Shown here one piece after another: positions 1 to 11,103 of a DNA stretch of 64,000 bases (position 1 is its first letter; every line of letters begins with the position of its first letter). The translations under genes and the position numbers were made by a program. The notes under the pieces are model-generated. The model saw nothing but the letters and a program-made list of their open reading frames with translations, made no database searches and was not told where the DNA came from. The DNA comes from Methanocellales archaeon (lineage in GTDB: Archaea; Halobacteriota; UBA148; JAUWXC01), in assembly GCA_030018435.1 (NCBI GenBank), contig JASEEY010000005.1, positions 38-64,037 on the forward strand, given 5' to 3'.

Positions 1-513
1 TTCACTACATTTGACAGAGAGTTAGACCAGGCATATGTAAAGGGGGCCAAGAAATCCGTGGAGCTCGTTAGGAGACCGCTCACTACATTTGACAGAAAGT
101 TAGACCAGGCATATGTGGAAGGAGCCAAGAAAGTCTCCAGGGTTGCTAAAAGACCTGCTGTGAGAGCAGAGAGAGTAGATCTCACAGAGATGTACGACAG
201 ACTCATCAGATTTGGCGCAGATCCGATCCCGACGATTGCGGTGTTTTTCTCCAACTTATTTATAAGGATAAGTATGTCGCTCATCGGAGTTGTTGCGTAT
301 CCTTACGCTTTCATCAACTACATAATTGAATTAATAACTAAGGAACCAGGAACAGCCATCACAAGCATTAGCGAAAAGAGAAACCAACTTAAGGAAACAT
401 TTAAACCGACCATGCCCTATATCGAGAGCATCGGATTTGCGTTATTCATAGTGGCGATCATGCTCACGATATATATCATATACATAGCGCTGGAATACAT
501 CCTTCACTTTTAG
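1..513 (+). CDS. 5'-truncated CDS (continues upstream of window); repeat-containing protein with C-terminal TM helix
   Basis: Frame 1 is open from nt 1 with no stop before 513. It contains a tandem 26-aa repeat (LVRRPLTTFDRKLDQAYVEGAKK) and a hydrophobic C-terminus. Confidence 0.45.
   Translation, partial: FTTFDRELDQAYVKGAKKSVELVRRPLTTFDRKLDQAYVEGAKKVSRVAKRPAVRAERVDLTEMYDRLIRFGADPIPTIAVFFSNLFIRISMSLIGVVAYPYAFINYIIELITKEPGTAITSISEKRNQLKETFKPTMPYIESIGFALFIVAIMLTIYIIYIALEYILHF
3..133. repeat. Tandem direct repeat, two copies of about 52 nt with 78-nt period (3-55 and 81-133), in-frame within the CDS
   Basis: Near-identical strings cactacatttgacaga[g/a]agttagaccaggcatatgt... seen at both positions. 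Confidence 0.7.
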
Positions 514-681
514 ATGACACCTAACACATATAGAAGAAGCATGACAGCGCCGATTATTATACACGCTACTGCACAGATCTGTCCCACTAAAAAAAGCAGG
601 TAGATTTTAGCTCGCATGTCTGGCTTTTTGAGAAGCTCCTTTAACCACTCGTCACCCAAAGCCATAGTCATCTCCTATGCT

Positions 682-1071
682 TTAATGGTGCGCATGCCTG
701 CCCTCTACCGCATAAAACACCAGAAAAGCCGTTGCAATCATCATCACGACAAATGTTATGTACCCAATAACAGATGGCAGGTGCTCCACATACTCTGCTA
801 CCGCTTTTTCCCTAGAGATGATGATGGCGCTTGAGGCTATGATGGTGATCAGAACTGCAAATTCGATGTCTTCTGCTTTGCCAGCATGTCTTGCGTAAGC
901 TGCCAGCAGCACTATGGTCACCAACAGCGCTGCCCAGAAGAGCCAGTATAATAAGTACAACACAGTGGGCGACATAGTTGGCTCGTGATGGACCTCATGT
1001 GAGACTTCGGCAGCGGCAAAGATTAGTGGCAAAAACATATTAAAGACCATATTGGTGGACATACTCGCCAT
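682..1071 (-). CDS. Hypothetical small membrane protein (His-rich termini, about 3 TM)
   Basis: 129-aa ORF, strongly hydrophobic; no family recognised. Confidence 0.35.
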   Translation of the reverse strand: MASMSTNMVFNMFLPLIFAAAEVSHEVHHEPTMSPTVLYLLYWLFWAALLVTIVLLAAYARHAGKAEDIEFAVLITIIASSAIIISREKAVAEYVEHLPSVIGYITFVVMMIATAFLVFYAVEGRHAHH

Positions 1072-1112
1072 AGCTTGCGACTCTCCTTTAAATGATATTC
1101 TTTTACCTATTT

Positions 1113-1760
1113 CTACATTTCTTCCAGCAGTGCCTTGATCCTCTTTCTCCTGAAGAAATCTTCTCTTTCGAGTTCTTCGAGGTGCATCTCAATGTAATTT
1201 TGCGTTGCGCTGAGCTGGGGTATGAAGACATTTTCCAGCGCGTTGACCCTTCTTTTGGTCTTTTCTACCTCATGGGCCAGCATTCTTATTGCGCCATCGT
1301 TTTCTGCCAGTTTGAAGATGTGCTTTAGCACCTCCTCAAAACAACTCGCTGCTTCATCCAACTTTACTGATGTACCTGCATAGCCATATCCTCTTTCTCT
1401 GCCTTCTTGAAGTGGCATCTCCTCTATGATTGGGATATTTGCGCCCATAATATTCTTGGTGTCGACTGCCACATCAGCCATCTCCGCAACTGAATAGGAA
1501 GCGCCCTCCACGCCAGAGCGCCCCATTATCATTTGCGCCTCTATCAAGGATTCATATGCTCTTTTGATTTTTTCCTCCAGCTCTTTTTTGAGCTCTCTGC
1601 GCATCTCTATAAACTTGAAGAACTCCATGACTAAAGCGTCCCTCTTCTCCTCCAACAGGTCATGCCCCTTTTCAGCCAGCACCCGTCTTTTTCTTAATTT
1701 TAAAAGCTCCATCCTTGTCGGTCGGATGCTGGTGATGATCTCCCTAGCCAGTTTTACCAC
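1113..1760 (-). CDS. atpD: A-type ATP synthase subunit D
   Basis: 215 aa, coiled-coil-rich, last gene of the aha operon after subunit B. Confidence 0.85.
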   Translation of the reverse strand: MVKLAREIITSIRPTRMELLKLRKRRVLAEKGHDLLEEKRDALVMEFFKFIEMRRELKKELEEKIKRAYESLIEAQMIMGRSGVEGASYSVAEMADVAVDTKNIMGANIPIIEEMPLQEGRERGYGYAGTSVKLDEAASCFEEVLKHIFKLAENDGAIRMLAHEVEKTKRRVNALENVFIPQLSATQNYIEMHLEELEREDFFRRKRIKALLEEM

Positions 1761-3147
1761 CCCGGCGTTTGGGATGATACTTTTTGATAAACTCTGGGTC
1801 GATCCTCTTCAACTCGGACTCTGGAAGCATCGATAACAGATTCCAAGCGATTTCAAGCGTTTTCTCGATCGACCTGTCTTCATCGACGGCTTGATTCACA
1901 AACTCCGCCTCAAATCGATCGGCGAATTCCAAATAGGTTCTATCAAGATCGGTTAGTGCCTCCTCTCCTACAACTGCGACCAAGTCGCGCAATCTTCGTC
2001 CTTCAGCGTAGGCGGAATAAAGTTGGTCGTTTACATCGGCGTGATCCTCTCTGGTTCTCCCTTCGCCAATTCCACCCTGCATCAACCGCGAGAGGCATGG
2101 AAGAACATCAACTGGGGGATAGATGCCTTTTCTGTTAAACTCTCTGAATAACACGATTTGTCCTTCTGTAATGTAACCCGTCAGATCAGGAATTGGATGC
2201 GTTATATCATCATCCGGCATCGTCAGCATCGGCATCTGGGTGATCGATCCTTTCTTTCCTTTTATCCTACCGGCTCTTTCGTAAATCGACGCCAGGTCGG
2301 TGTACATGTAACCAGGATACCCTCTTCGTCCTGGAACCTCTCCCCTAGCGGCTGCGATTTCCCGGAGCGCTTCGCAATAATTTGTCAAGTTGGTCAAAAT
2401 GACTAGTATATGCATATCCTTCTCAAATGCAAGGTACTCCGCTGTAGTCAATCCCAATCTAGGAGTTATAATCCTCTCTATAGCAGGATCATCAGCAAGA
2501 TTGAGAAACATCACCGCTCTTTCCAAGGCACCTGTCCTCTCGAAATCCTGAATGAAGAAGTTCGCCTCTTCATGGGTAATGCCCATGGCTACAAACACGA
2601 CCGCAAACTCCTCCTTTTTTCCTAGAACTTTTGCTTGCCTGGCTATTTGTGCTGCCAGTTCATTGTGAGGTAGCCCTGCACCGGAGAATATGGGGAGCTT
2701 CTGACCCCTGACGAGCGTATTCATCCCATCAATGGTCGAAATGCCAGTTTCGATAAAATCTCGTGGAAACTCCCTCGCGTATGGGTTAATCGGAGCACCA
2801 TATATATCCAGCACTTTTTCCGGAATGATTGACGGGCCGCCGTCGATTGGCGTTCCGGTGCCATCGAACACCCTTCCCAGCACCTCTATTGACACTGGAA
2901 TTTTCATGGTCTCGCCGGTGAACCTGACCGATGTCCAATCGGTATCAAGGTCACGTGTGCCCTCAAATACCTGGATGATCGCTTTATCAGTCTGGGCTTC
3001 GAGCACCTGCCCTCTCCTTCTTTCGCCGGAGGGCGTCTCAATCTCTACAACCTCGCCATATGCCACGTCTGAAACTTTCTCCACGACCATTAGTGGTCCG
3101 CTTACCTCTGTTACGGTCGTATATTCCTTGCTTTTTGATACCGCCAT
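1744..3147 (-). CDS. atpB: A-type ATP synthase subunit B (regulatory)
   Basis: 467 aa with typical A/V-type B subunit sequence ([19 protein letters not shown]...). Confidence 0.95.
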   Translation of the reverse strand: MAVSKSKEYTTVTEVSGPLMVVEKVSDVAYGEVVEIETPSGERRRGQVLEAQTDKAIIQVFEGTRDLDTDWTSVRFTGETMKIPVSIEVLGRVFDGTGTPIDGGPSIIPEKVLDIYGAPINPYAREFPRDFIETGISTIDGMNTLVRGQKLPIFSGAGLPHNELAAQIARQAKVLGKKEEFAVVFVAMGITHEEANFFIQDFERTGALERAVMFLNLADDPAIERIITPRLGLTTAEYLAFEKDMHILVILTNLTNYCEALREIAAARGEVPGRRGYPGYMYTDLASIYERAGRIKGKKGSITQMPMLTMPDDDITHPIPDLTGYITEGQIVLFREFNRKGIYPPVDVLPCLSRLMQGGIGEGRTREDHADVNDQLYSAYAEGRRLRDLVAVVGEEALTDLDRTYLEFADRFEAEFVNQAVDEDRSIEKTLEIAWNLLSMLPESELKRIDPEFIKKYHPKRRGGKTG

Positions 3148-3150
3148 TGA

Positions 3151-4911
3151 TCATCCCACCATGTCTTTAAACTGAGCCTCCATTTCTTTTTCGATCTCCT
3201 CAAATCTCCTTTGATACTCAGCATCTGGAACGGTGCCCATCCTGGCTAATTTTTCCTTAACTGGCAACCCCCTGATCCTCTCGATTGGAACGTCCTTTTG
3301 AATTGCTTCATACATCAACTCGTTGAATTTCAGCAGGATCTCGAGCATCCTGTATTGTTTCTCTTTAGGACAATAAGTATCCACTTTGTGAAATGCGTTT
3401 TGCATGAGGAATGCTTCTCTAATAGCTTTCGCCCCATCCAGAGCGGCCTGATCGCTTTCTGGAAGAGCGTCTGGCCCAACTAATTGCACGATCTCCTGTA
3501 ATTCGCTCTCTTTCTGAAGCAGGCTCATCGCTTCATTTCTCATTTTCTCCCATTTTGCCCCTACCTCTTTGTGCCACCAATCCTTGACTCCATCAAGGTA
3601 GAGTGAATATGATTGCAACCAGTTGATCGCTGGGAAGTGGCGCTTGTTTGCCAGGTCAGCGTCCAGCGCCCAGAAGACCTTCGTAATCCTGAGCGTATTC
3701 TGCGTCACGGGCTCTGAGAAGTCCCCTCCAGGAGGAGATACCGCCCCGATAACGGAAATGGATCCTATCTTCTCATCCTTTCCGTTTAACATAGCGCGCC
3801 CCGAGCGCTCATAGAAATCCGCCAGTCTGGATGCCAAGTACGCAGGATAACCCTCCTCGCCTGGCATTTCCTCTAACCTGCCGGAAATTTCCCTCATAGC
3901 TTCTGCCCACCTTGACGTGGAGTCGGCCATCAACGCTACATCGTATCCCATGTCCCGGTAATATTCTGCAAGCGTCATTCCTGTATACACGCTTGCATCT
4001 CGTGCTGCGACTGGCATGTTGCTGGTATTGGCGATGAGCATCGTTCTGTTCATCAGAAGTTCGCCCGTTCTTGGGTCCTCCAACACAGGAAATTCCCTGA
4101 GGACGTCTGCCATCTCATTCCCCCTCTCGCCACACCCAACGTAAACGATTACATCCGCATCTGCCCATTTGGCAAGCAGCTGCTGCACCACGGTCTTTCC
4201 ACTTCCAAAGGGACCTGGAATCGCAGCCGTTCCACCCTTTGCTACGGGAAAGAACGTATCGATAACCCTCTGGCCAGTGATTAAGGGAACACTCGGATCC
4301 AGTTTCTTGACATACGGTCTTCCTGTTCGGACAGGCCATTTCTGGAGCATCTGGATTTTCTTGACTCCTTCAGCCGTTTTTATCTTTGCTATGGTTTCTT
4401 CGATGGTGTATTTGCCCTTGGGAGCTATCTCGAGAAGTTTCCCCGTGATGCCCGGCGGAACTAAGATTCTATGCTCGATCGTTTTCGTCTCTTGTACGAC
4501 TCCCAATATGTCGCCAGGACCCATCGTTTCACCTTTTTTGGCAACAGGTGCAAACTCCCATTTCTTGTCTCGCTCCAGTGCAGGTGCTTCAACCCCTCTT
4601 TTTATGTAGTCCCCCATCTGCAATTTGATCAAATCAAGGGGGCGCTGAATGCCATCATATATCTTTCCAAGCAGTCCTGGCCCCAGTTCAACGGAAAGCG
4701 GCATGCCAGTTGAGATGACTTCCTCGCCAGGGGTGACACCACCAGTTTCCTCGTATACCTGTATTGTCGCTACATCTTCATCCAACCCAATTATCTCTCC
4801 GATTAATCGCTCATTTCCTACGCGGACCAACTCGTACATCCTCGAGCCCCTCATGTTTTTGGCAGAAATGACCGGACCGGTGACCCTGGTGATGATGCCT
4901 TTTTCTGTCAT
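3151..4911 (-). CDS. atpA: A-type ATP synthase subunit A (catalytic)
   Basis: 586 aa with P-loop GPFGSGKT and the non-homologous-region insertion typical of A/V-type A subunits. Confidence 0.95.
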   Translation of the reverse strand: MTEKGIITRVTGPVISAKNMRGSRMYELVRVGNERLIGEIIGLDEDVATIQVYEETGGVTPGEEVISTGMPLSVELGPGLLGKIYDGIQRPLDLIKLQMGDYIKRGVEAPALERDKKWEFAPVAKKGETMGPGDILGVVQETKTIEHRILVPPGITGKLLEIAPKGKYTIEETIAKIKTAEGVKKIQMLQKWPVRTGRPYVKKLDPSVPLITGQRVIDTFFPVAKGGTAAIPGPFGSGKTVVQQLLAKWADADVIVYVGCGERGNEMADVLREFPVLEDPRTGELLMNRTMLIANTSNMPVAARDASVYTGMTLAEYYRDMGYDVALMADSTSRWAEAMREISGRLEEMPGEEGYPAYLASRLADFYERSGRAMLNGKDEKIGSISVIGAVSPPGGDFSEPVTQNTLRITKVFWALDADLANKRHFPAINWLQSYSLYLDGVKDWWHKEVGAKWEKMRNEAMSLLQKESELQEIVQLVGPDALPESDQAALDGAKAIREAFLMQNAFHKVDTYCPKEKQYRMLEILLKFNELMYEAIQKDVPIERIRGLPVKEKLARMGTVPDAEYQRRFEEIEKEMEAQFKDMVG

Positions 4912-5234
4912 TTAACCTCACTCCTTTCTACATCGATGCCGACTGCCTTCCGAATCAGTCTGTTTATGGGGTCGATTGCTCTGGAGCCTTCTTTTCCTGG
5001 CACTTCAACTACGATGGGATAAACCTCTTTTCTTCCTTGAACTTTATTCATGAACGGTCTGATGCTCTCTGCCAGACTATCCAATAGCATTATTATGCCT
5101 ATCTCGGGATCGACAAGAAAATGTTTTAACGCCTCTTCCGTTTCTCGGGGGGTTTCTGCTACTCTCATCTTTTTCACTCCTGCGAGCGAGAAACCAAGTG
5201 TCATATTCCTATCTCCTATCACAGCCGCTTTCAT
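4908..5234 (-). CDS. atpF: A-type ATP synthase subunit F
   Basis: 108 aa; position between C and A; ATGA overlap with atpA. Confidence 0.8.
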   Translation of the reverse strand: MKAAVIGDRNMTLGFSLAGVKKMRVAETPRETEEALKHFLVDPEIGIIMLLDSLAESIRPFMNKVQGRKEVYPIVVEVPGKEGSRAIDPINRLIRKAVGIDVERSEVK

Positions 5235-6418
5235 ATGCCTTCCTCACATATCACGATATCCTTCATCTTTTCCAACGACAAATGCTCCCGAATTCCATGG
5301 AGAGCTGCCCTGATATTCCTAACTTCATAATCTTTTGCTACTATGAATCTCATTATCGGTCCTACGTCAAAGACTTTCTTTCTAGCAAACTCGAAGACCG
5401 TATGCAATAAGCGTCTATCGAAAATTGCCTCAAATGCATAGATGCTCCCGCTTTTCTCATATTCAGACATTGCCTTCTTGAGAAGCTCTACGTATCCCGT
5501 ATTCTCCAGCGTTGCGACTATTTCTGCTATATCTCTGGACTCTGTAGCTTGGGTGAGCATCCACGCTGGAAGAGTTCCACCCGGCAACAGGTATTTTCGG
5601 ATCGTCTCAGGTTCGAAACCCTCCTTTTTAGCTCTCATGAGCGCTTTTATATTTGTCACATCAACATACGTGTCAACGAACTTGCTTACAGGCGCAACTA
5701 TCGATGCAGGGATTTTAGGTGCGGACTCGCTAAGTCCTTGAAATACGCACCCATCCAATGCTAACTCGAGAGGCAGCACCGACTTCGTCCTCTCGTAATC
5801 GAGGAGGGCGTTTGAGAGCTCTTTTCCATACGGCATATCCGACAATATCTGAACGATTCTGCCCATATCATCCGCTTCTGCCAATTCTCCTATCAGGTCT
5901 GGAGTGATATTTCCCACCGAAATCATTTTTTTCTTAATCCCATCCGGTGAAAGCCCTGCATTTTTACCCTTTATGGCGACCTTCAGCTGCTCTGCCTCGA
6001 ACTTCATCATGTATGCTTCCAAGAAGGGTTTTATGCACTTCGGCACTCTGGTGATGGTGCTTTTATATGTTTTAAAAAGAGCCAGATTTAGCGCCTTTTC
6101 GATCTCATCAGGATCCTCACCGGTCGCATCGAGTTTATAGCTATCCGCAATTCTCGATATGACCTCGGAGACGTTTTTTGATTCTAAGAGTGGGTGTACG
6201 TTATCAGCAAGAACGTAGGGCACACCAATAGCTCTGACCCTTGCGTTAGGATATGCAAAGCGCATGGCATTTACGATTATTTTTGCTTTGGGAGCGATTA
6301 CCTTCACGACGATGACGGCAAAGACCCCTAGCGCTATCGCGTATAACCATTCGATTGACACTGCGCCTAAAAGTTTGTCAAATTGGTTCAATGAATTGAG
6401 TAAATCGCCAAGCATCAT
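5231..6418 (-). CDS. atpC: A-type ATP synthase subunit C
   Basis: 395 aa; operon position and size. Confidence 0.8.
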   Translation of the reverse strand: MMLGDLLNSLNQFDKLLGAVSIEWLYAIALGVFAVIVVKVIAPKAKIIVNAMRFAYPNARVRAIGVPYVLADNVHPLLESKNVSEVISRIADSYKLDATGEDPDEIEKALNLALFKTYKSTITRVPKCIKPFLEAYMMKFEAEQLKVAIKGKNAGLSPDGIKKKMISVGNITPDLIGELAEADDMGRIVQILSDMPYGKELSNALLDYERTKSVLPLELALDGCVFQGLSESAPKIPASIVAPVSKFVDTYVDVTNIKALMRAKKEGFEPETIRKYLLPGGTLPAWMLTQATESRDIAEIVATLENTGYVELLKKAMSEYEKSGSIYAFEAIFDRRLLHTVFEFARKKVFDVGPIMRFIVAKDYEVRNIRAALHGIREHLSLEKMKDIVICEEGI

Positions 6419-7026
6419 TTCTCACCGTATAAAATCCTCGATATTTCATACCGCAACTCGTTCTTTTGCCGTTCTAATCTGGCCTCGAACGTATTGTTCA
6501 CCATGATATCTCCGGATTTTGATTTGATAGCGACACCACCAATGGTATCGATGTCTTTCTTGCCAACGCTGATTTTTGCGCCTTTCTTGGACATGCTTGA
6601 AATGACCTTTTTAACGACACTCTTGTCCTTCTTATTTGACAGGATGATAACATCGTTTCCTACTAACTTCGCTCCATCGGTCATCAAATTTCTTAGAACG
6701 GTTTCGTATTTTTTAGTAGCAGTCAATTTGCTCAGCGCTTCCCTTGCCTCGGTAAAGCACCGGGAGATAACCTGGTCTTTTGCACCTATGACAGTCCGCA
6801 TAGCATCGATTCTCGCCCCGGATTTGATCCTGTTAACCAGTGCATCGATGTCCTTCCTGCCTCTCTCGAGTATTCTGGAGTGCTCCTGCTCTCCCCTCCT
6901 TCTTGCGTCATCTAAAATCTTCTTTGCCTCTTGCATGGCATCTGCTTTGATGCGCTGCATCTCTGCTTTTGCATCGCTCTCGATCTTGGATATAATTTTA
7001 TCTATGCCATCCATCTGATCACTCAT
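6415..7026 (-). CDS. atpE: A-type ATP synthase subunit E
   Basis: 203 aa, charged coiled-coil N-terminus; operon position. Confidence 0.8.
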   Translation of the reverse strand: MSDQMDGIDKIISKIESDAKAEMQRIKADAMQEAKKILDDARRRGEQEHSRILERGRKDIDALVNRIKSGARIDAMRTVIGAKDQVISRCFTEAREALSKLTATKKYETVLRNLMTDGAKLVGNDVIILSNKKDKSVVKKVISSMSKKGAKISVGKKDIDTIGGVAIKSKSGDIMVNNTFEARLERQKNELRYEISRILYGEK

Positions 7027-7070
7027 GTTATGCGCTATGATGTATAGGATGTTGATTTCTTACTGTTACA

Positions 7071-7298
7071 TCAGATCAATCCCATGCCGACCATCATCAG
7101 GATCGCTATCAGCAAGGCGTAGATGGCCTGCGTTTCAGGCAGTACCGCAAAGACCACGTTCTTACCAAATGCTTCTGGGTTTTCCGCGGTTGCTCCTACT
7201 GCAGCTGATGCTGCCATTCCTTGTGCCAGTGCAGAACCCATGATTGCGATACCACATCCTATGATCGCAATCCCAAGGCCGATTCCAAATTCTACCAT
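7071..7298 (-). CDS. atpK: A-type ATP synthase proteolipid subunit K (c subunit, 2-TM hairpin)
   Basis: 75 aa, Gly/Ala-rich hairpin with a conserved Glu (LPETQAIYALL). Confidence 0.85.
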   Translation of the reverse strand: MVEFGIGLGIAIIGCGIAIMGSALAQGMAASAAVGATAENPEAFGKNVVFAVLPETQAIYALLIAILMMVGMGLI

Positions 7299-7320
7299 TT
7301 TCTACCTCCTTTTGTTTATT

Positions 7321-9285
7321 TTACGTCTTTAGTTTGGTGTATCTTCTAATAGACTTGAATGGGATAAAGTACTTGCCATCACCGCTATAGAACTGATTAA
7401 AGAACTCCACATAATGCAAACGCAGTGAGTGGACGAACGCTCCCAGCGCTTGTAACACGCAGTTGAATATCTGCCCAAATACGAAGATAAATGCCGCCAA
7501 AATGACCATTGCGGGATGGATGCGTGCTACCAACTCGACGAATATGTTTACAGTCATCGCTATGCCGCTGGTGGCTAGCGCTAATGCGAGAATCCTGGCA
7601 TACGATAGCCAGTTGCCAACAAATCCAGTGAAACCGAACACCCCGAGAGGGCCTTCTTTGAGGGCGATCAGGATTACCCCGATAAGAATTCCCACGCCTC
7701 CAACGATCTTTAAAGAAGGCGCTATTGCCGCCCACTTAAAGAAGTCGAGGATCAGTATGGCGGCACATGGCTGGATGATGAACATCGATATCTGCTCACC
7801 TAAAAGATTTCGATACGCTTTCTTTCGTGCATTCTGATAGGCCGCCAAAAGCAGACCAACGTTGAGGTGAACGATTCCTATTACCAAGGCGATGAATAGG
7901 ACTTTTTTTGGCTCCCTCAATGGATCTATCAGCATGAATGGAGAGTTCATACCCCAAAATCTGGGGAATACATCTCCACAGTAGCTCCCTTGTATTGCTC
8001 CTAATACAATGGTCGATGCACCTATTGCCATCAGGATGATGCTCATGTCGTGCATCGACTCGCTTACCTTTCCGGCGCCCCTGTAAAGCAGAAATCCCAC
8101 TAGGACGATAATCAACCCATAGATGGCATCTCCAAGCATCAATCCAAAGAACGCGACGAGGGTTGTACCAAAGAATATCGTGGGGTCTACTTCCCCATAC
8201 TTGGGATGACCGAACATCTTCGTCAACGTTTCGAATGGGCGCAGCCATGAAGGATTAGCGTATTTGATCGGAATCTCCTCTGGCGCCGCCTCTGGCTCTC
8301 TGGATTCGTAAAAAGCGTGTCCATCTGATGCGTTATCACACAGTTTCTTCAACTCATCGACATTTTTGGCAGGAACCCATCCTTCAATAACACTCGTGTT
8401 TACGGTCTTGCCAAACTTAGAGGGCAACTCCATTCTCTCCTTTTCGATTTTCAGTTCTTCTCGAAGGGTCAGAAGTTTCTTGTTCCACTTGTCATGCACG
8501 ATTTTGAGCTCTTTAGATAACTCTTTTTTACGACCCTCCAGCTTTTTTATTTCATCGTCTATTTGCCCGAGAAGTTGGCTTGCCTTGCCTTCTGGATGCT
8601 CAACCTTAATCGCACTGAAAATACGTCCTCTCAGGATATCGTCAAGCTCTTCCCTTGCACTGGCTGGCACTGCGATGACCACCGTATATAACTCACCAAT
8701 TCGACGTTTGAGCAACAGGATGTCCTCAATTGTGAAGAGCGTCTGTACGAACAGCTCATAATCCCCAACCCTGACCGTTCCTGCAACGATGTACAGGTAT
8801 TTTGATTCCCCCAAGTGACGAAGGTCAAAGTCGAATGGCTCCAGCAATTTAAGGGGCACTCGTTGCGCTTGCAGTGTACCAATTTTTTCATCTATACTAG
8901 CCAATTCATCTTGGATGGAAATTGCCCTTCCAGCCTTCTCTAAAACAGACTCGACCTCATCAAATAACTGATTGGGCGCCCTCTCCTCCACAGAAGTTTT
9001 AGCGACGGGCTCAGGAAAGAGGAACTGCTTTAGCAGACTTTCCTTAGACTCTTGAAAACCCTTTAATGCATCCAGCACGCGGCTAACTCGCAACTCATAT
9101 TCTGCACACTTTCCGGTCAAGGGGTGGGATTCTCCTGGTTCCAAGGTTGCGCTGACCTCGCCCTTTGAATCCTGGACATTTGTAATCTCCATGACTCCAG
9201 CCTCATGAAGAGCGGAAATTACCCTTTCCCGATAGTCATCATGAGTAACTATCGTCACATTTTTCATTTCTGCTGGAAAGAACAC
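7321..9285 (-). CDS. atpI: A-type ATP synthase subunit I (a subunit)
   Basis: 654 aa; soluble coiled-coil N-terminal half and polytopic C-terminal half. Confidence 0.9.
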   Translation of the reverse strand: MFFPAEMKNVTIVTHDDYRERVISALHEAGVMEITNVQDSKGEVSATLEPGESHPLTGKCAEYELRVSRVLDALKGFQESKESLLKQFLFPEPVAKTSVEERAPNQLFDEVESVLEKAGRAISIQDELASIDEKIGTLQAQRVPLKLLEPFDFDLRHLGESKYLYIVAGTVRVGDYELFVQTLFTIEDILLLKRRIGELYTVVIAVPASAREELDDILRGRIFSAIKVEHPEGKASQLLGQIDDEIKKLEGRKKELSKELKIVHDKWNKKLLTLREELKIEKERMELPSKFGKTVNTSVIEGWVPAKNVDELKKLCDNASDGHAFYESREPEAAPEEIPIKYANPSWLRPFETLTKMFGHPKYGEVDPTIFFGTTLVAFFGLMLGDAIYGLIIVLVGFLLYRGAGKVSESMHDMSIILMAIGASTIVLGAIQGSYCGDVFPRFWGMNSPFMLIDPLREPKKVLFIALVIGIVHLNVGLLLAAYQNARKKAYRNLLGEQISMFIIQPCAAILILDFFKWAAIAPSLKIVGGVGILIGVILIALKEGPLGVFGFTGFVGNWLSYARILALALATSGIAMTVNIFVELVARIHPAMVILAAFIFVFGQIFNCVLQALGAFVHSLRLHYVEFFNQFYSGDGKYFIPFKSIRRYTKLKT

Positions 9286-9602
9286 TATACCGCCCCTGTT
9301 ATCTTTTCAATGACGTATTTAACCGCATTTGGAATCCTTCCCTCTGCCTTTTTTCTGAGTTTCTCCGCCTCTTCTTTGCCCTGCTGTCTGAGTTTCTCCG
9401 CCTCTTTCGTTGCAGCCTTCTCTGCTTTTTCCTTGTCCTTCTCGATGATCTCTCTCGCCTTTTCTTGGTGTTCCAAAATTAGTTTTTCAGCATCCTCGTA
9501 CGCTTTTTTGATGGTTTCTTCAGCCTCTGCTTGGGCCTTCTCTACCATTTTTAAGGCCTTCACCTCTGCCTTTTTGATTTGCTCAATCTCGCTTTGTACC
9601 AT
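9285..9602 (-). CDS. atpH: A-type ATP synthase subunit H
   Basis: Lys/Glu/Ala-rich about 105 aa. Start placed at the internal ATG (MVQSEIEQIKKAE); the ORF track's longer start at 9659 is less likely. Confidence 0.7.
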   Translation of the reverse strand: MVQSEIEQIKKAEVKALKMVEKAQAEAEETIKKAYEDAEKLILEHQEKAREIIEKDKEKAEKAATKEAEKLRQQGKEEAEKLRKKAEGRIPNAVKYVIEKITGAV

Positions 9603-9667
9603 CTTCGAGCCTCTGGGCTGCTGGTATGCTGATAAATATGTCGGATAAAATATGAACATACGACTTA

Positions 9668-9685
9668 TGATTTAAATTTTTGTTT
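9668..9685 (-). promoter_or_regulatory. Candidate TATA-like element upstream of the aha operon
   Basis: AT-rich tttaaat motif in the intergenic region upstream of atpH. Confidence 0.25.
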
Positions 9686-9735
9686 TTCAACAGCAACGAC
9701 GAGCGGTTCTATTGTACTTGCACTAAAAAATAAAA

Positions 9736-10215
9736 TTAACCCCTAACACGTATATCCGCAATCAATTGCTCGCTTGCGATGTCCACGATTTTTACTGTGG
9801 CGGTCTTTCCATTCTCAGGCAATGGATAATCGGGATTCGCTGCTGCTTTATCCTCGCTCAGATGATATTTTCCGCCCTCTATCCAGATATAGCAGCTTTC
9901 TCCAGCCGTCAGCTTTCCACCCGGGAGCGTTTCTATTACAGTTCCATTGACAATAACCCTTATAGAAGCACCCGTCAGGGTAATTTCCTCTCCACCCTGA
10001 TGCTCCAACTTGATGCAATTGTAATTATGAATCTGTTCCACAGAACCCCTGATGCTTGCCTGCGGTGCAACATTCATCGGCGCCATCCCGAACAGGTATG
10101 CTGCCATGACCGCAGCCAAAATCACCACGACCGCGACCATCAAAATCTCGCCGATTACCGGGGATACTCCCTCGTCCCCTCTAAAACCTTTAGCGAAGTC
10201 CTTCATCCTTTTCAT
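9736..10215 (-). CDS. Archaeal type IV pilin-like protein (DUF1628 type, class III signal peptide)
   Basis: N-terminus FRGDEGVSPVIGEILMVAVVVILAAV is the archaeal prepilin (FlaK/PibD-processed) signature; 159 aa. Confidence 0.7.
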   Translation of the reverse strand: MKRMKDFAKGFRGDEGVSPVIGEILMVAVVVILAAVMAAYLFGMAPMNVAPQASIRGSVEQIHNYNCIKLEHQGGEEITLTGASIRVIVNGTVIETLPGGKLTAGESCYIWIEGGKYHLSEDKAAANPDYPLPENGKTATVKIVDIASEQLIADIRVRG

Positions 10216-10282
10216 TGCCTACACCCATTCAATCATATTTACATACCCATCTAATCATTCATCTAATCATAAGTGAATCTAA

Positions 10283-10327
10283 TCAAAACAAAAAGGGAGA
10301 AAAGGGGCTGACGTGCAAATCAGCCCC
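10283..10327 (-). terminator. Hairpin (GGGGCTGA..TCAGCCCC) followed by a T-tract on the minus strand; putative terminator between the two pilin genes
   Basis: Perfect 8-bp stem at 10304-10327 with an oligo-T run downstream on the transcribed strand. Confidence 0.5.
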
Positions 10328-10380
10328 AATTGGCAGGTTTCTAACCACTTGTGCTTGTGTTAGCTTATTTGCGTTACAGC

Positions 10381-10860
10381 TCAGCCTCTTACGGTTATGT
10401 CTGCAATCAGCTGCTGGCTTGCGACATCAACGATCTTGATGTTGACTGATGCGCCAATTGCAGGCAGACTAACCTGCGCTTCAGCAGTGGTTGGTACTGT
10501 TAGCGTCAAGACACGGTCTGTAGTGCTGTTGTATATATACATGCTCTCGCCTGTCGATAATTGGTCAGTGGTTGCAAGGGCATTAGTCACCTCTTTACCG
10601 TCTACCAAGACTTTTATAGACGAACTCGCTAGAGTTATCGTGTCTCCGCCTTGGTGATCCAACTTGATGTAATTTGTGGTATCAACTTGTGCCACCGTAC
10701 CCCTAATGCTCGCCTGGGGCGCCATCGCTGGGGGCGCCATGCCGAAGACGAAGGCTGCGATGATGGCTGCGAGAATGACCGTAATGGCGACCATTAGAAT
10801 GACGCCAATGACTGGGCTCACTGCATCTTCGTTCGCTCTGAATTTCCTATTTGCTTTCAT
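10381..10860 (-). CDS. Archaeal type IV pilin-like protein (DUF1628 type), paralog of 9736-10215
   Basis: N-terminus DAVSPVIGVILMVAITVILAAI; C-terminus (SQQLIADITVRG) shared with the first copy. Confidence 0.7.
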   Translation of the reverse strand: MKANRKFRANEDAVSPVIGVILMVAITVILAAIIAAFVFGMAPPAMAPQASIRGTVAQVDTTNYIKLDHQGGDTITLASSSIKVLVDGKEVTNALATTDQLSTGESMYIYNSTTDRVLTLTVPTTAEAQVSLPAIGASVNIKIVDVASQQLIADITVRG

Positions 10861-10911
10861 TTTTCTACACCTCTTATGTTCTTTTTTAGCACAGACGGAT
10901 GCTTAGGACGA

Positions 10912-11103
10912 CTATCGCTTCTTTTCTACCAGATGCTCCAATCGCCTTTGCCATAGCTCACCCACTTCTGTGCTATCACACTCGAGGTAATGTTGGACTG
11001 CTGTTGCGAGTGCCTCCTTTGTCGAATCTGTACCGGTCTTCTTCTTCAACCGTTTCAGATCTTCATCGGTAAGCACGGTCTGCGCGTAGATTATTTTGAC
11101 CAT
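10912..11103 (-). CDS. Small hypothetical protein (63 aa)
   Basis: ORF with GGTGAGG RBS directly upstream of the ATG. Confidence 0.35.
   Translation of the reverse strand: MVKIIYAQTVLTDEDLKRLKKKTGTDSTKEALATAVQHYLECDSTEVGELWQRRLEHLVEKKR

Noticed and set aside
9603-9659. Longer atpH start (MFIFYPTYLSAYQQPRGSK...)
   Set aside because: The extension is hydrophobic and atypical for the small charged H subunit. The internal ATG yields the expected coiled-coil protein. It is retained only as a possibility.
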